Shown: positions 10,008-19,693 of the stretch, in pieces
How the letters are laid out: the number at the start of each line of letters is the position of its first letter
Position numbering within the stretch: the stretch's first letter is position 1
IMG/VR virus record: IMGVR_UViG_3300020045_013637
Location: 1 to 57,786 of that record
Direction: 5' to 3' (one strand)
From: a virus
Lineage: Duplodnaviria > Caudoviricetes
Length of the DNA stretch: 57,786 nt
The notes under the pieces: model-generated
Database searches by the model: none
What the model saw: the letters and a program-made list of their open reading frames with translations, nothing else
Told to the model about the DNA's origin: nothing
Program-made: the position numbers and the translations under genes

Positions 10008-11081
10008 ATGGCAGAAAAACCGAGCTTTCAAGAGACTTTTTTCCCCGTAGCTAATCCAGCAGGAAATCAAGTGATTTTTGGAGATGAAAAAACTTCATCC
10101 GAGCAAGAAGAGATTTTTGGTAAACAAGATGGTGAACCTGAGCCGATTGTAGAGGCTGAAGAGGCTTCAACTCAAACTGTTCCTGAAGAAGAAAAGAAAG
10201 AATCTAGACGACCTCGGCCGGCCGCGGCATATGACAAAAAAATTCTAAATGAAGCTAAACACTGGAAATCTTCGTATTTACAAGAATCAGAAAAAGCCCG
10301 CGCTTTAGAACAAGAAAATCAAGCTATTCGAATACAATTTGAAGAGGCGGAGCAAGCGCGACGTCAAAGTGAATTAAAGGCGATCTCTGAGCGAGAAGAT
10401 AATCTGCGTATGCAGATGAAAATAGCCCGTGCTGCCGGGGAGAATGATTATGCGGATGAGGTTTCGGGAGCTCTCAATCAAGCCTTAATTCAAAAAGAAT
10501 TACAAGTCTATGATCGATATAAGAACAGCACTCAGCCCGTTCAACAACAACAACAATATACCCCTCAAGTTCAACTTTCCCCCATTGAAGATATGAGACA
10601 GCAAGCATTTAATGATTTCTGCCTGAGAAACCCTTGGTACGGTAAGAATCAGTCTTTGACGAACTTAACCAATACAGCGATGACTGAATTTGTTAATGTG
10701 CTTGAATTAGGGAATCAAGAAGATGCTATTTATTCGCCTCAGTTTTTTGATGTGCTAGAAAACGAGATCAAACATTCTTATGGAATTGGCATCCAACACG
10801 AACCTGAAAACCAGCAGCATGATCAACCACGAAGAACACAACCTTCAACACGTTTTGCAGATGTACCGAGAGGAAATACAACTATGGCTGAACAATATGC
10901 GTCTCAAAATAGGGGCGGACGTACTTTCACACCTGAAGAAGTAAGACGAACGGGCACTTCAAGTCTTCAAATGAAGGTCGGTAATCAATGGGTCTCTGCA
11001 AACAAGATGCAGCCTGAAGTTGAAAAGAATCGTCATCGGATCGTTCCTATCAACAAAGGTTTTAGAATTGAATTCCAATAA
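10008..11081 (+). CDS. Putative capsid scaffolding protein
   Basis: Acidic N-terminus, coiled coil, RNPWYG motif; position after portal and GroES. Confidence 0.65.
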   Translation: MAEKPSFQETFFPVANPAGNQVIFGDEKTSSEQEEIFGKQDGEPEPIVEAEEASTQTVPEEEKKESRRPRPAAAYDKKILNEAKHWKSSYLQESEKARALEQENQAIRIQFEEAEQARRQSELKAISEREDNLRMQMKIARAAGENDYADEVSGALNQALIQKELQVYDRYKNSTQPVQQQQQYTPQVQLSPIEDMRQQAFNDFCLRNPWYGKNQSLTNLTNTAMTEFVNVLELGNQEDAIYSPQFFDVLENEIKHSYGIGIQHEPENQQHDQPRRTQPSTRFADVPRGNTTMAEQYASQNRGGRTFTPEEVRRTGTSSLQMKVGNQWVSANKMQPEVEKNRHRIVPINKGFRIEFQ

Positions 11082-11109
11082 GTCGTTTTTAGAAAAAAAG
11101 GTGGTTAAA

Positions 11110-11574
11110 ATGTCAAAACACGATCATACAAGAGAATCCCCACAGTATCGACCAGAACCGGAAGAAGCACCAAGACTGATGAGTCCCGGATCGACAGCTT
11201 TTCATCTTCCTCGAAGTTTACTGAATCCGGATCAGGACAAGAAATATGGGTTTAAGGCTTATCGTTGTGGTGGTGTTGATGACGTTGATTCTATTAATAG
11301 AGCTACAGAGCGTGGCTGGTATCCTCTCAAAGCTTCTGAAATACCGGAGCTTCAAGTAGCTCCCAATATGAATATTTTTGCTGATAGGCAAGATGATTTA
11401 GTGCGTGTTCAGGGAACTGTTCTTATGGCGCAAAATCATGAAGCGCAATCACATTGGGAGCTGCAAGATGAAACTCTTTTAACGAACTATAAGAATACGG
11501 TTGCACTTTACAGGAAAGTTAATAAAGAAGATTTCACGGGGCCAGAGGCACATAGAGGATATGGAAACTGGTAA
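11110..11574 (+). CDS. Conserved phage head-region protein
   Basis: RGWYP...PEL...VQGTVLM pattern seen after scaffold genes in related podoviruses; likely start ATG 11110. Confidence 0.55.
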   Translation: MSKHDHTRESPQYRPEPEEAPRLMSPGSTAFHLPRSLLNPDQDKKYGFKAYRCGGVDDVDSINRATERGWYPLKASEIPELQVAPNMNIFADRQDDLVRVQGTVLMAQNHEAQSHWELQDETLLTNYKNTVALYRKVNKEDFTGPEAHRGYGNW

Positions 11575-11594
11575 CTAACTAGGAATAATGTCAG

Positions 11595-11617
11595 TATGTG
11601 TAAAATCTACACATACC
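11595..11617 (+). terminator. Hairpin after the head genes, possible terminator
   Basis: GTATGTGTA-AAATC-TACACATAC inverted repeat; no strong U-tract. Confidence 0.4.
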
Positions 11618-11716
11618 GATATCTCAAAAAACATTCTTGTCTCGTTGTTCAATTTGAAAGAGTATTCAACCGTGAACGACAAGACACTTTAGAAATACAC
11701 AATTTAAAGAGGATTA

Positions 11717-11800
11717 ATGACTAAGATTATCAAAAAGATTTTATGCGATATTCCGGCAAAAGAGGCTCTTATCTCCGGAATCGATCAAATTGCAAACTAG
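11717..11800 (+). pseudogene. Truncated duplicate of the groEL 5' end (27 codons, then TAG)
   Basis: Same RBS (AAAGAGGATTA) and same peptide [27 protein letters not shown] as 12388. Confidence 0.9.
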
Positions 11801-11881
11801 ACGAAATACATAAAAATTGATCGGGTGATTTTTTCCGTCAGCAGCAGTTATTTCCAAAATAGAAATAACTGTTTCTAACAA

Positions 11882-12253
11882 TTAGCCGGGATTTTCAGAA
11901 GAAGAGAGTTTTTTTATTATAGAAAGTATCTTTTTTGCAGCTTCTGGGTCATCTTTATATCCGTATAATTGATCATATTTCTTTTCAATAAAATCAATTA
12001 AATTTGGCCCCCATTGACCTGATAATTCAATGGCATTTATTCTGTACAAATCTCCACTATCATCGTCAGGGTCTTTGTGTTGCGAAATGATTAAATTTTC
12101 ATTGTAGAAAGAATACTCTTTTGTTACAAAAGTTATTCCATTAAGATTTTTTTCAGTTCTGAGATTAAATTCTAAATTTTCCAAGTCTGATAATATTATG
12201 TCTTTAAGTTGATTAATTATATCCGATAATTGGGGATGGGGTACCATAAACAT
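11882..12253 (-). CDS. Hypothetical AT-rich moron gene
   Basis: Opposite strand, between the two groEL start copies. Confidence 0.65.
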   Translation of the reverse strand: MFMVPHPQLSDIINQLKDIILSDLENLEFNLRTEKNLNGITFVTKEYSFYNENLIISQHKDPDDDSGDLYRINAIELSGQWGPNLIDFIEKKYDQLYGYKDDPEAAKKILSIIKKLSSSENPG

Positions 12254-12387
12254 AAGCGCTCCGTAGTGATAAAAATTGTTGATTTATTATAGAATTTTTG
12301 TTTGTTCATATATTCATCATTGCCATGAGATTTCGATACGTTTATCGTATTACTAGCATATAAAAAGCCTTCAAAGAAAGAGGATTA

Positions 12388-14061
12388 ATGACTAAGATTA
12401 TCAAAAAGATTTTATGTGATATACCGGCAAAAGAGGCTCTTATCTCGGGAATAGATCAAATTGCGAATGCTGTTAAGGTTACATTAGGCCCCAAGGGACG
12501 TTGTGTTGTTATTGATAAACAATTAGGGATCCCAACGGTAACAAAAGATGGGGTAACGGTCGCAAATTCAATCTTTTTAGAGTATCATTTTGAATCTATG
12601 GGGTGCGAACTTCTCAAAGAAGCTGCAAAACAAACAGCTAAGATTGCCGGAGATGGCACTACCACAGCTATTATTCTAGCTCAGGCATTTGTTAAAATCG
12701 GCTGGGAATTAATTACGAAAAAAAAGAAGAATCCTATTTGGGTTGCAAAGAATCTTGAAAATCTAGCAAAAATAATTGTTAACGAAGTTCGCGAACTTAG
12801 TATACCTCTTTTAACAGAAGAATCCTGTGTTTCAATTGCCACTATTGCGGCTAACAATGATAAGGAGTTAGGTGATCTAATCGGTAAATCTGTCTTTAGT
12901 GTGGGATCGCAAACGCCAGTCATTGTTGAAGAGTCAAATTCTTCAAATTCTTACTCTGAGATCATTAACGGATACTCTTTTAATGGGGGGTTACGATCTC
13001 CAAGGTACTATAATGTTCCCGGTCGAGAATATTGGCAAGGAGGTGATGTATCAATTTTAATCGTTGATCGTCCCCTTTCCCATGAAAAAGAAATTGAAGC
13101 GATTGTTGATGCTCATATTCAAAAAAATAAATATCTTTTTATTATTTGTGCTGATTGTTCACCAATTGTTGATTCTCTTTTGGTTATAAATGCAACTAAC
13201 AATCCTAAGTGGCATTATAGATTAGCGGCTGCATTTGCACCTGAATATGGGGAACAAAAACTTGATGTCTTAAATGATATCGCGTTATTAACCGGCGCAA
13301 CAATTGTCACGTTGGATAATTCACGTCCAAATCGTTCTATCTCTGAAAAAATGCTAGGGAAAGCCACCTTTGTAAAATCTTCTGAAAAAATGACTGTCGT
13401 CATGAATGAAGATGAAAACAAAAATACAGAGATTGAGTCCTGGATTATTGATTTACAAGGTAAAATGGAGAGTGAATTAGATCCGAAAAAGAAAGAGTTT
13501 TTAAAAGATCGAATTCAAAAGCTTAAAGTAGGAACTCTTACACTCCGTATTGGTGGCTCAACTCGATATGATGTGAAAGAACGCCTGGATCGTGTGGATG
13601 ACGCTGTGAGAGCTTCTCAGTGTGCATTAGATGAGGGATATGTTCCAGGGGGTGGCATTGCGTTATCAAGAGTTTCAAGAAAGATTAGAACAACAGAATC
13701 TTTAAGAATAACGCCTTACGATAAAGATATTATAGGAGCTTTTCTTGACTGTCTTTTAGCTCCATTAAATCAAATCATTATTAATGCCGGATTCGAAGAC
13801 TCCATAAACACAATTCGAAACGAAATTGAACGTATCAATAATTCTAGTTACGGAATTGATTTAAGTCGAGATTGTGAGTTAGGTGATATGTATTGCGATA
13901 TGTTAGAGCATCATATTATTGACCCGACTAAAGTTGTTTGTACTGCAGTAGAAAAAGCGGCGTCTATTGCAGCGATGATATTATCAACCGATGCTCTGAT
14001 TGCAGATTTAACAGATGTTGAGGCGTACAATCGAATGGTTAACTCCGGAATGAGATTTTAA
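12388..14061 (+). CDS. groEL: GroEL-family chaperonin (divergent)
   Basis: [33 protein letters not shown]...[16 protein letters not shown]; no GGM tail. Confidence 0.96.
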   Translation: MTKIIKKILCDIPAKEALISGIDQIANAVKVTLGPKGRCVVIDKQLGIPTVTKDGVTVANSIFLEYHFESMGCELLKEAAKQTAKIAGDGTTTAIILAQAFVKIGWELITKKKKNPIWVAKNLENLAKIIVNEVRELSIPLLTEESCVSIATIAANNDKELGDLIGKSVFSVGSQTPVIVEESNSSNSYSEIINGYSFNGGLRSPRYYNVPGREYWQGGDVSILIVDRPLSHEKEIEAIVDAHIQKNKYLFIICADCSPIVDSLLVINATNNPKWHYRLAAAFAPEYGEQKLDVLNDIALLTGATIVTLDNSRPNRSISEKMLGKATFVKSSEKMTVVMNEDENKNTEIESWIIDLQGKMESELDPKKKEFLKDRIQKLKVGTLTLRIGGSTRYDVKERLDRVDDAVRASQCALDEGYVPGGGIALSRVSRKIRTTESLRITPYDKDIIGAFLDCLLAPLNQIIINAGFEDSINTIRNEIERINNSSYGIDLSRDCELGDMYCDMLEHHIIDPTKVVCTAVEKAASIAAMILSTDALIADLTDVEAYNRMVNSGMRF

Positions 14062-14064
14062 TAT

Positions 14065-14475
14065 ATGGGCTGGAGATTAGAGCCTTTAAAACCGGAGCCT
14101 GCACCAATCGTTATTCCTTTTAACAAAGACGACATACGGCGAGAAATGATCATTGGGGTTTTAAACAATTTTCCTCAATGGCGTGTTATTCCTATCGGTA
14201 TACAGGAAGAAATAGAATCGCCATTTGATCTGTTTTTAGTAAAACCCGTTATTAAAATGGTTAAGAATGTATTTGGTAAGGACTCACCAACCCCTCATGA
14301 GTTTGTAAAACCTGAAAAACTACAAGTGTGCGGGGTTGTCTTTATCAAGAAAACTCTTGTGGAGCTCCCCTTGGAGCTGACGGCAGATCTTCAACAATGG
14401 TGTAATCATATATGGGTCTGTAATTCAGCTAAAAGTTTAATGGAAAAAATGAACAAAGCCGAAAAGACTTTATAA
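14065..14475 (+). CDS. Hypothetical protein, possible degenerate VRR-NUC-like fold
   Basis: PFDLFLV...VVFIKK...QQW...IWVCNS spacing loosely resembles VRR-NUC. Confidence 0.3.
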   Translation: MGWRLEPLKPEPAPIVIPFNKDDIRREMIIGVLNNFPQWRVIPIGIQEEIESPFDLFLVKPVIKMVKNVFGKDSPTPHEFVKPEKLQVCGVVFIKKTLVELPLELTADLQQWCNHIWVCNSAKSLMEKMNKAEKTL

Positions 14476-14479
14476 TGAT

Positions 14480-14554
14480 TGGCTAGAGTGCGTGGATTCG
14501 AACCACGGATCGCGGTACCAAAAACCGCTGCCTTACCAACTTGGCTACACTCTA
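14480..14554 (-). tRNA. tRNA-Gln(UUG)
   Basis: Reverse complement TAGAGTGTAGCCAAGTTGGTAAGGCAGCGGTTTTTGGTACCGCGATCCGTGGTTCGAATCCACGCACTCTAGCCA folds as a cloverleaf with anticodon TTG and encoded CCA. Confidence 0.95.
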
Positions 14555-14559
14555 TCATA

Positions 14560-15018
14560 TTACCGATTCCCAGCTATGAGGGGCGGAGGATTAAGAATTT
14601 CATTGATTGACGGTAGCCCCTCTTTCTTTTGTGGTGTTTTTTCTTCTATGACTTTCCAGACTCCATGAGACGGAGAAACGATTTTCTTTGCCTTATTCAA
14701 ACGATGCAGAGCACTTCTGATTAAATCGGGTAGATTGTTTGATAAAGGGACGTTACGCTGCTCTGTTAGATAAGCAACGAGCTTATTGCAATTAGAGTCT
14801 CCAATTTCTTCTAATCCTTCGTATACCATTTTAGTGATTCCGGAGGCGGGAATGATTTGTTTTATACCTGTATCTTCCTTTGTCATCAAATTAAGGATTT
14901 TTTTCAATCGATTTTTTTCAATTCTTACTTTTTCAAGCTCCTCGATTTGTTGATCTAGTCGAGCAATCTGTTCTTTAATATCATTGATAATTTTAGAGGT
15001 CGAGGACGAAATGGACAT
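14560..15018 (-). CDS. Coiled-coil plus winged-helix-like protein
   Basis: N-terminal heptads; LIRSALHRLNKAKKIVSPSHGVWKV resembles a wHTH helix and wing. Confidence 0.55.
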   Translation of the reverse strand: MSISSSTSKIINDIKEQIARLDQQIEELEKVRIEKNRLKKILNLMTKEDTGIKQIIPASGITKMVYEGLEEIGDSNCNKLVAYLTEQRNVPLSNNLPDLIRSALHRLNKAKKIVSPSHGVWKVIEEKTPQKKEGLPSINEILNPPPLIAGNR

Positions 15019-15031
15019 AGTAAATTTTCCT

Positions 15032-15466
15032 TTATTTTTCTAATTGTGTGTATTGGAAGTATGTTAATAGAAAGCAAACTTTTTTTCTTAATTTATCAAA
15101 TATTTTGTTGAATATTATAAGAGGAAGGACACATTCAATATCAAATATAATTATGTTTGGGAATGTTTTAAAATCATAAGTTTTATAAAATAAGTTAATT
15201 AATAATATCAAAGAAGGACGCTGCTCTTTTTCAGATACCCATTCAAATTGAGGATATGTCTCTCCTTTTTGGCGTTCTTTTAGATACTCAAATTCAAATA
15301 TTTTCTTCTCTTCATTTACTCGTATATCTTTTATTCCGTAATAATCACATGAATTTACAAACTTTATTAAATTACGACGAAAATCGAAATCAGTTTGGAA
15401 TCTATCATAAGGAAGAGGGGCTCGTTTTTCTTCATGCGCTTCAAAAACAATAATTTCTTTTTTCAT
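15032..15466 (-). CDS. Hypothetical protein
   Basis: Start overlaps the endolysin stop. Confidence 0.55.
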   Translation of the reverse strand: MKKEIIVFEAHEEKRAPLPYDRFQTDFDFRRNLIKFVNSCDYYGIKDIRVNEEKKIFEFEYLKERQKGETYPQFEWVSEKEQRPSLILLINLFYKTYDFKTFPNIIIFDIECVLPLIIFNKIFDKLRKKVCFLLTYFQYTQLEK

Positions 15467-16101
15467 TATGTTAGTACCCTATTAAACCATCCCTTTAAGA
15501 ACTTTCTTAAAACGGGCCTTGTTCGAACCAGGGACATGTAATAGCTAAGACTTTGAGCTTGTATGCAGTTAAGTAGCATTTCAGGATCTATTTTGTTAAT
15601 CTCTGTCATTGTTTTTTGCCCTAAAACACCATCTATATGCGTATTTCCACCGCAAGCCAACACAGCGGCTTGTAAGAATGAGACTGCTACTCTTGTTCCC
15701 ATGTTAACTGCTTCTTCCATAACTTCTATGGCCAGTTTATCAGAAGGTAATTCATCCCCTCTGATCTTTTCCCAATAGTCTCTACGGTAGATATTCTTTG
15801 CATCCTCTAGGGTAAGAGACTTGATTGATAATTCAGGATAAGATTGTTTCGAAATTCCAAATTTTGTTTCTCCTCCCGGATCACTTAGATCATTAGAATA
15901 TTCTCCTTCCTCTTTTATCAGGTTAATAAATGCAAGATGAAACCGATCCGGATTATTCTGCGCACAGACATCAACAACAGGATATTTTATTGAATTCACA
16001 TATGCTATTAATTTAGAACCTCCCGAAAGGAGACTAAACATAAATATTATGATATAAAGGACAATTAAAAAGGGATGTTTCCAGTTTGTCTTATAATTCA
16101 T
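15466..16101 (-). CDS. Glycoside hydrolase family 108 endolysin with N-terminal TM segment
   Basis: EGEYSNDLSDPGGETKFGIS, IYRRDYW, DGVLGQKT and KFLKGWFNRV are GH108/PG-binding signatures. Confidence 0.92.
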   Translation of the reverse strand: MNYKTNWKHPFLIVLYIIIFMFSLLSGGSKLIAYVNSIKYPVVDVCAQNNPDRFHLAFINLIKEEGEYSNDLSDPGGETKFGISKQSYPELSIKSLTLEDAKNIYRRDYWEKIRGDELPSDKLAIEVMEEAVNMGTRVAVSFLQAAVLACGGNTHIDGVLGQKTMTEINKIDPEMLLNCIQAQSLSYYMSLVRTRPVLRKFLKGWFNRVLT

Positions 16102-16167
16102 ATGGTTCTAACCTAATGAGTTTGGTTTAATACTAACGTTTTCAACTATTATTTTCAACAGGAAAAA

Positions 16168-16701
16168 GTGTTTTTTATGAATGTAATTGAATTAGAACAA
16201 TATCTTTATGATTTAAATATTAAGTTTCCAAAGGTTAAGTTTACAGACGAAATGATAAAGAGTTATTTATCTTTTGTTTCTGGAATTATGACAGATTCAG
16301 ACGATATTTTTATTCGAGCCTTTCCGCAAATGTTGGTTAATAAAGATCAATATATGATATCAGATGATGGCATTAATATATTTCTGTTTACCGGAAAAGG
16401 ATATGCGATTAGTGCGCTCTTGGGGGATTTCTTTGAGACGAAAATTTCATCCTCAATTGAATCGAAAGAGATAAAATGGAATCGTATTGTCCAGAGAGAA
16501 AAGCATGAATGGGATTCCGGATATGAGAAAGTTATTTATTATGAAGTCACCGGAATCATGAAAGGCTCCTTTATTTTTAAAGCCGAAGATCATGAAGGGG
16601 CCGTTGATTTCTTTAACCAACTTTATTTTAGATTGACTCAAAAACCATTCCTTTTTTTTAATTATCCCACTCGCTCAAGTAATACTAAAATGAGCTTCTA
16701 A
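16168..16701 (+). CDS. Hypothetical protein (inverted moron)
   Basis: 177-aa ORF opposite to the flanking operon. Confidence 0.55.
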   Translation: MFFMNVIELEQYLYDLNIKFPKVKFTDEMIKSYLSFVSGIMTDSDDIFIRAFPQMLVNKDQYMISDDGINIFLFTGKGYAISALLGDFFETKISSSIESKEIKWNRIVQREKHEWDSGYEKVIYYEVTGIMKGSFIFKAEDHEGAVDFFNQLYFRLTQKPFLFFNYPTRSSNTKMSF

Positions 16702-17039
16702 CAGAGTTTTAAACAATCGCTTCTATTCAATCGGGGTCATCTGTAGAATTCAAACTAGATAGCCATTCCTCTAGGTTCTTCACTCTCATTTCAAGAAGCT
16801 GAAATTCATGATCTACTCGCATTATACGAGAATCATATATATTCAGGAGCACCACTACACAAATAAAGAGTAGGATCGTCCCACCCCAAAGAGCTTTATC
16901 CGACATTAAAAACCCCTCTCTATGTCATCCAGCCTTTTTTGGATGTTTTTGATTCTTTTAAAAATCATTCCTGATAAAAAAAATAGAACAATTATAAGAA
17001 ATTCCATTCTAATGTCTCCGATGAATTCCATGTTATCAT

Positions 17040-17330
17040 TTATTTTTTTCTCTTGTCTATCATGCAATAGTCAGCGCATTTGTCTGCTACTTCCCATAGT
17101 ATATCCATACTATTATCGCGAGGAGAGAGCGTATTTTCTTTTATATAGTCTTCTAGTAGGGTGACTGCAATCTTGAGGCTTTCTAGACGGATAGTTTGAG
17201 TGTGGGAGTCAAGAAGAATGAATTCGGATTGATATTTATCAATAAATTGCTTATTTCTTCTTGCTAATTCTTCTTGGTTTGATAGATCAGTCATTTGGTT
17301 CTTTCTCAGGGTTCTGTGTCGACTTTTCAA
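17040..17330 (-). CDS. Hypothetical protein
   Basis: ORF in the leftward operon. Confidence 0.5.
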   Translation of the reverse strand: MKSRHRTLRKNQMTDLSNQEELARRNKQFIDKYQSEFILLDSHTQTIRLESLKIAVTLLEDYIKENTLSPRDNSMDILWEVADKCADYCMIDKRKK

Positions 17331-17428
17331 TATAAGGTAATAACAACTCTTCTATCTGCCAAAACACCTTCATTGGAACACGAGATGTGGTGTTATCATA
17401 AATAAATTCTAACATTTTATGTTGGAAT

Positions 17429-17626
17429 TCAAGTTGTTTTGGACTCGTTGTCATTTTTAACTTTCTGAATCTTTTTAGATTGAAGGAATTCTAATAAGTC
17501 ATCCAATAATGAAGGATACTCGTTTGTTGCCTCTAGCTGAGTACAAAGCTCTATTATTTTGATTACGATAGAGGTAGGAAGTGTTTCGATAAACACTTCC
17601 ATCTCTTGAATTCTTTTATTCTGCAT
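17429..17626 (-). CDS. Hypothetical protein
   Basis: Overlaps the recT stop. Confidence 0.5.
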   Translation of the reverse strand: MQNKRIQEMEVFIETLPTSIVIKIIELCTQLEATNEYPSLLDDLLEFLQSKKIQKVKNDNESKTT

Positions 17627-18503
17627 TATCTACTGAAACTTCCTCTGTTTCTACATCTGATATTGTTTCATCACCTGAAATAACATCATCTATAAAAGAA
17701 GTCCCCCCTTTTTGTGGTTTATCTTTTTCAGATGCTATTATTTTTTCAAATTCTTCTCTTTCTTCTTTGTGCTGCATAATAGCTTCAGACAATAAATTAG
17801 AGGTGTTTATGCTATTAACTTTAAATGGGATTTGTTTTCCTGCTCTTTTCGCTAGGGTTTTAAAACACATTTCTTTCAGATGTTTACACCATGGACTATA
17901 TTGCCATGCACGATCATTACTTTTCGTTTTTGCCTCGGCTTGTAGCGTTTTCATTTCGCCATGTCCCATTATATGGACGGACTTAATACCGTTATTATAA
18001 ATTGTTAAGATGTAGACCCCTTTTATTTTTTCGTGTTCCCTATCAAAATCAGGTTCATGTGAAATTGGGTTAGTTACATTACCAAGGTCGCATGTGAATT
18101 TTTCACCTTCGTAGACAACACCTTCAATCATACCGCGTATTAATCCACTTCTAAACGCTAATTCTCTAATACCCCGAAATCCAACCTCAAACTTAGCGGT
18201 ACGATTGCGGACTATAATATCCCCTTGGGTAAAATCTCCCCCTAAGATGAAACCATAGCGTGCTGCACTAAAAACACACGATTTTAAATTTTCATAAGAA
18301 CATTCTGATAACAAAGCGGTCTTACTATATAAATACTCTGCTGCAAAAGCACAAAACTGATCAAGTGATAAATCATTTTGAGGTAGCAGTAATTTAATAG
18401 AGGATCTAAGTTTATCATCATGTGTAAGATGTACGGCGAGGGCTATGGGGGTAGGGGCGTTTTGTTTTCTTTCTTCAACTGACATTTTCATTATCCTTTT
18501 CAA
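17616..18503 (-). CDS. recT: RecT-family ssDNA annealing protein
   Basis: FEVGFRGIRELAFRSG, VVYEGEKF, SPWCKHLKEMCFKTLAKR; adjacent to a YqaJ exonuclease. Confidence 0.9.
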   Translation of the reverse strand: MKRIMKMSVEERKQNAPTPIALAVHLTHDDKLRSSIKLLLPQNDLSLDQFCAFAAEYLYSKTALLSECSYENLKSCVFSAARYGFILGGDFTQGDIIVRNRTAKFEVGFRGIRELAFRSGLIRGMIEGVVYEGEKFTCDLGNVTNPISHEPDFDREHEKIKGVYILTIYNNGIKSVHIMGHGEMKTLQAEAKTKSNDRAWQYSPWCKHLKEMCFKTLAKRAGKQIPFKVNSINTSNLLSEAIMQHKEEREEFEKIIASEKDKPQKGGTSFIDDVISGDETISDVETEEVSVDNAE

Positions 18504-18576
18504 CTGGTTTTGGATGTTTTTTTATTAAAATTATATTCTTTTGTTTCTCTATAAGCTTCATTCATAAGTCTATCAT

Positions 18577-19533
18577 TTAGAACTCTCCTTTGTTGGTAAA
18601 ACGCATTACTCTGCCGGTGGACTCTTTTGAATACTTTTCAAACAACCCGTCTTCTCTAATTCTTTTAGTGTCAATGCGAGTGGATGTTTGATTTCTAAAA
18701 GAAGCTACTGTTTTCCCCATCTTATCAACGAGGGTTTCCGCTTCCCCCATAAACACCCCTATTTTGAGTTTTATTAAATCTAATTCTTTTTCTAAATCCC
18801 CAATTGATTCCTTATGAGATTTATAGCGTTCAATAAGATTGATCATCTCCGGTGTTACGTCTTTAATCTCTCCCGGATTGCCCTTAAAATAATTAGCCAC
18901 TTCACTATAGCTAATAGGTTCCGGGGGGATATTCGCACAAATATGCGTTTCCCAAAACTGAACAGCTTTCTCAATAATACCGTTCCCATGTATTGCATTA
19001 TAGGGAATGGTGTAAATCTTAATGTCGCTACCCCCAAAGTAAGCGACGATTTTTGAGTAAGGAGCAACGATTTCTCCCTTAGCATTTGCAATGGCCATAT
19101 AATAGAACGCCTGGATAATGTATTGTCTTGGCATTTCTAAATACTCCGGATCTCCCCAATTAAAGCGAGCCCGAAACCCAACGTTTTTAGCATCAATAAT
19201 ACCACCGTTTTCATCTATTGCGTCAGGGTGTCCGATTAAGAATGAATGGTCTGGATGCCGGAGCTCTAAATCTTCGTCTTTTAAATCGAGAAGAGGTGTA
19301 CTTCCTTCTTGAACTCCATAGAATTCTAAAATACTTTTCTCAAAAATATGACCTGCTTGAGTATGAATGTTACCTTCGAACGGGGCAATCTCATCCTTCT
19401 TTTCTAAGTAGACATCGAGAGCTGTTTTCCAAGGATCAATACGAACGCCATTAGCATCGACACCGAGAATAGCGGGAATATCTGTCCCCCCTAAATAGGT
19501 TTTTCTTTTTGCTCGTTGTTGTTCTGTTAACAT
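18577..19533 (-). CDS. YqaJ / lambda-exonuclease family recombinase nuclease
   Basis: RKTYLGGTDIPAILG, PWKTALDVYLEK, HPDA...IIDAK, YIIQAFYYM, FWETHI...PPEP. Confidence 0.92.
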   Translation of the reverse strand: MLTEQQRAKRKTYLGGTDIPAILGVDANGVRIDPWKTALDVYLEKKDEIAPFEGNIHTQAGHIFEKSILEFYGVQEGSTPLLDLKDEDLELRHPDHSFLIGHPDAIDENGGIIDAKNVGFRARFNWGDPEYLEMPRQYIIQAFYYMAIANAKGEIVAPYSKIVAYFGGSDIKIYTIPYNAIHGNGIIEKAVQFWETHICANIPPEPISYSEVANYFKGNPGEIKDVTPEMINLIERYKSHKESIGDLEKELDLIKLKIGVFMGEAETLVDKMGKTVASFRNQTSTRIDTKRIREDGLFEKYSKESTGRVMRFTNKGEF

Positions 19534-19596
19534 TGAAGCCTCATAAATTATTTTGAATATTATTTGTAAGGTAATGATGACATTTGTTTTTTATTT

Positions 19597-19693
19597 TTAC
19601 AATGGGAAAAACAATATTATTTTCAATTTTATATTGAAAATAATATTGTTTTTCCCATTACAATGGGAAAAACAATATTATTTTCAATTTTAT
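19597..19693. repeat. Direct-inverted-direct triplication upstream of the recombination operon
   Basis: 36-bp direct repeat at 19597-19632 and 19658-19693; perfect 27-bp inverted repeat at 19601-19627 and 19633-19659. Confidence 0.92.

Noticed and set aside
19601-19659. N15-like telomere resolution site (telRL)
   Set aside because: No protelomerase or tyrosine-recombinase-like gene recognised; the third copy fits a triplication better
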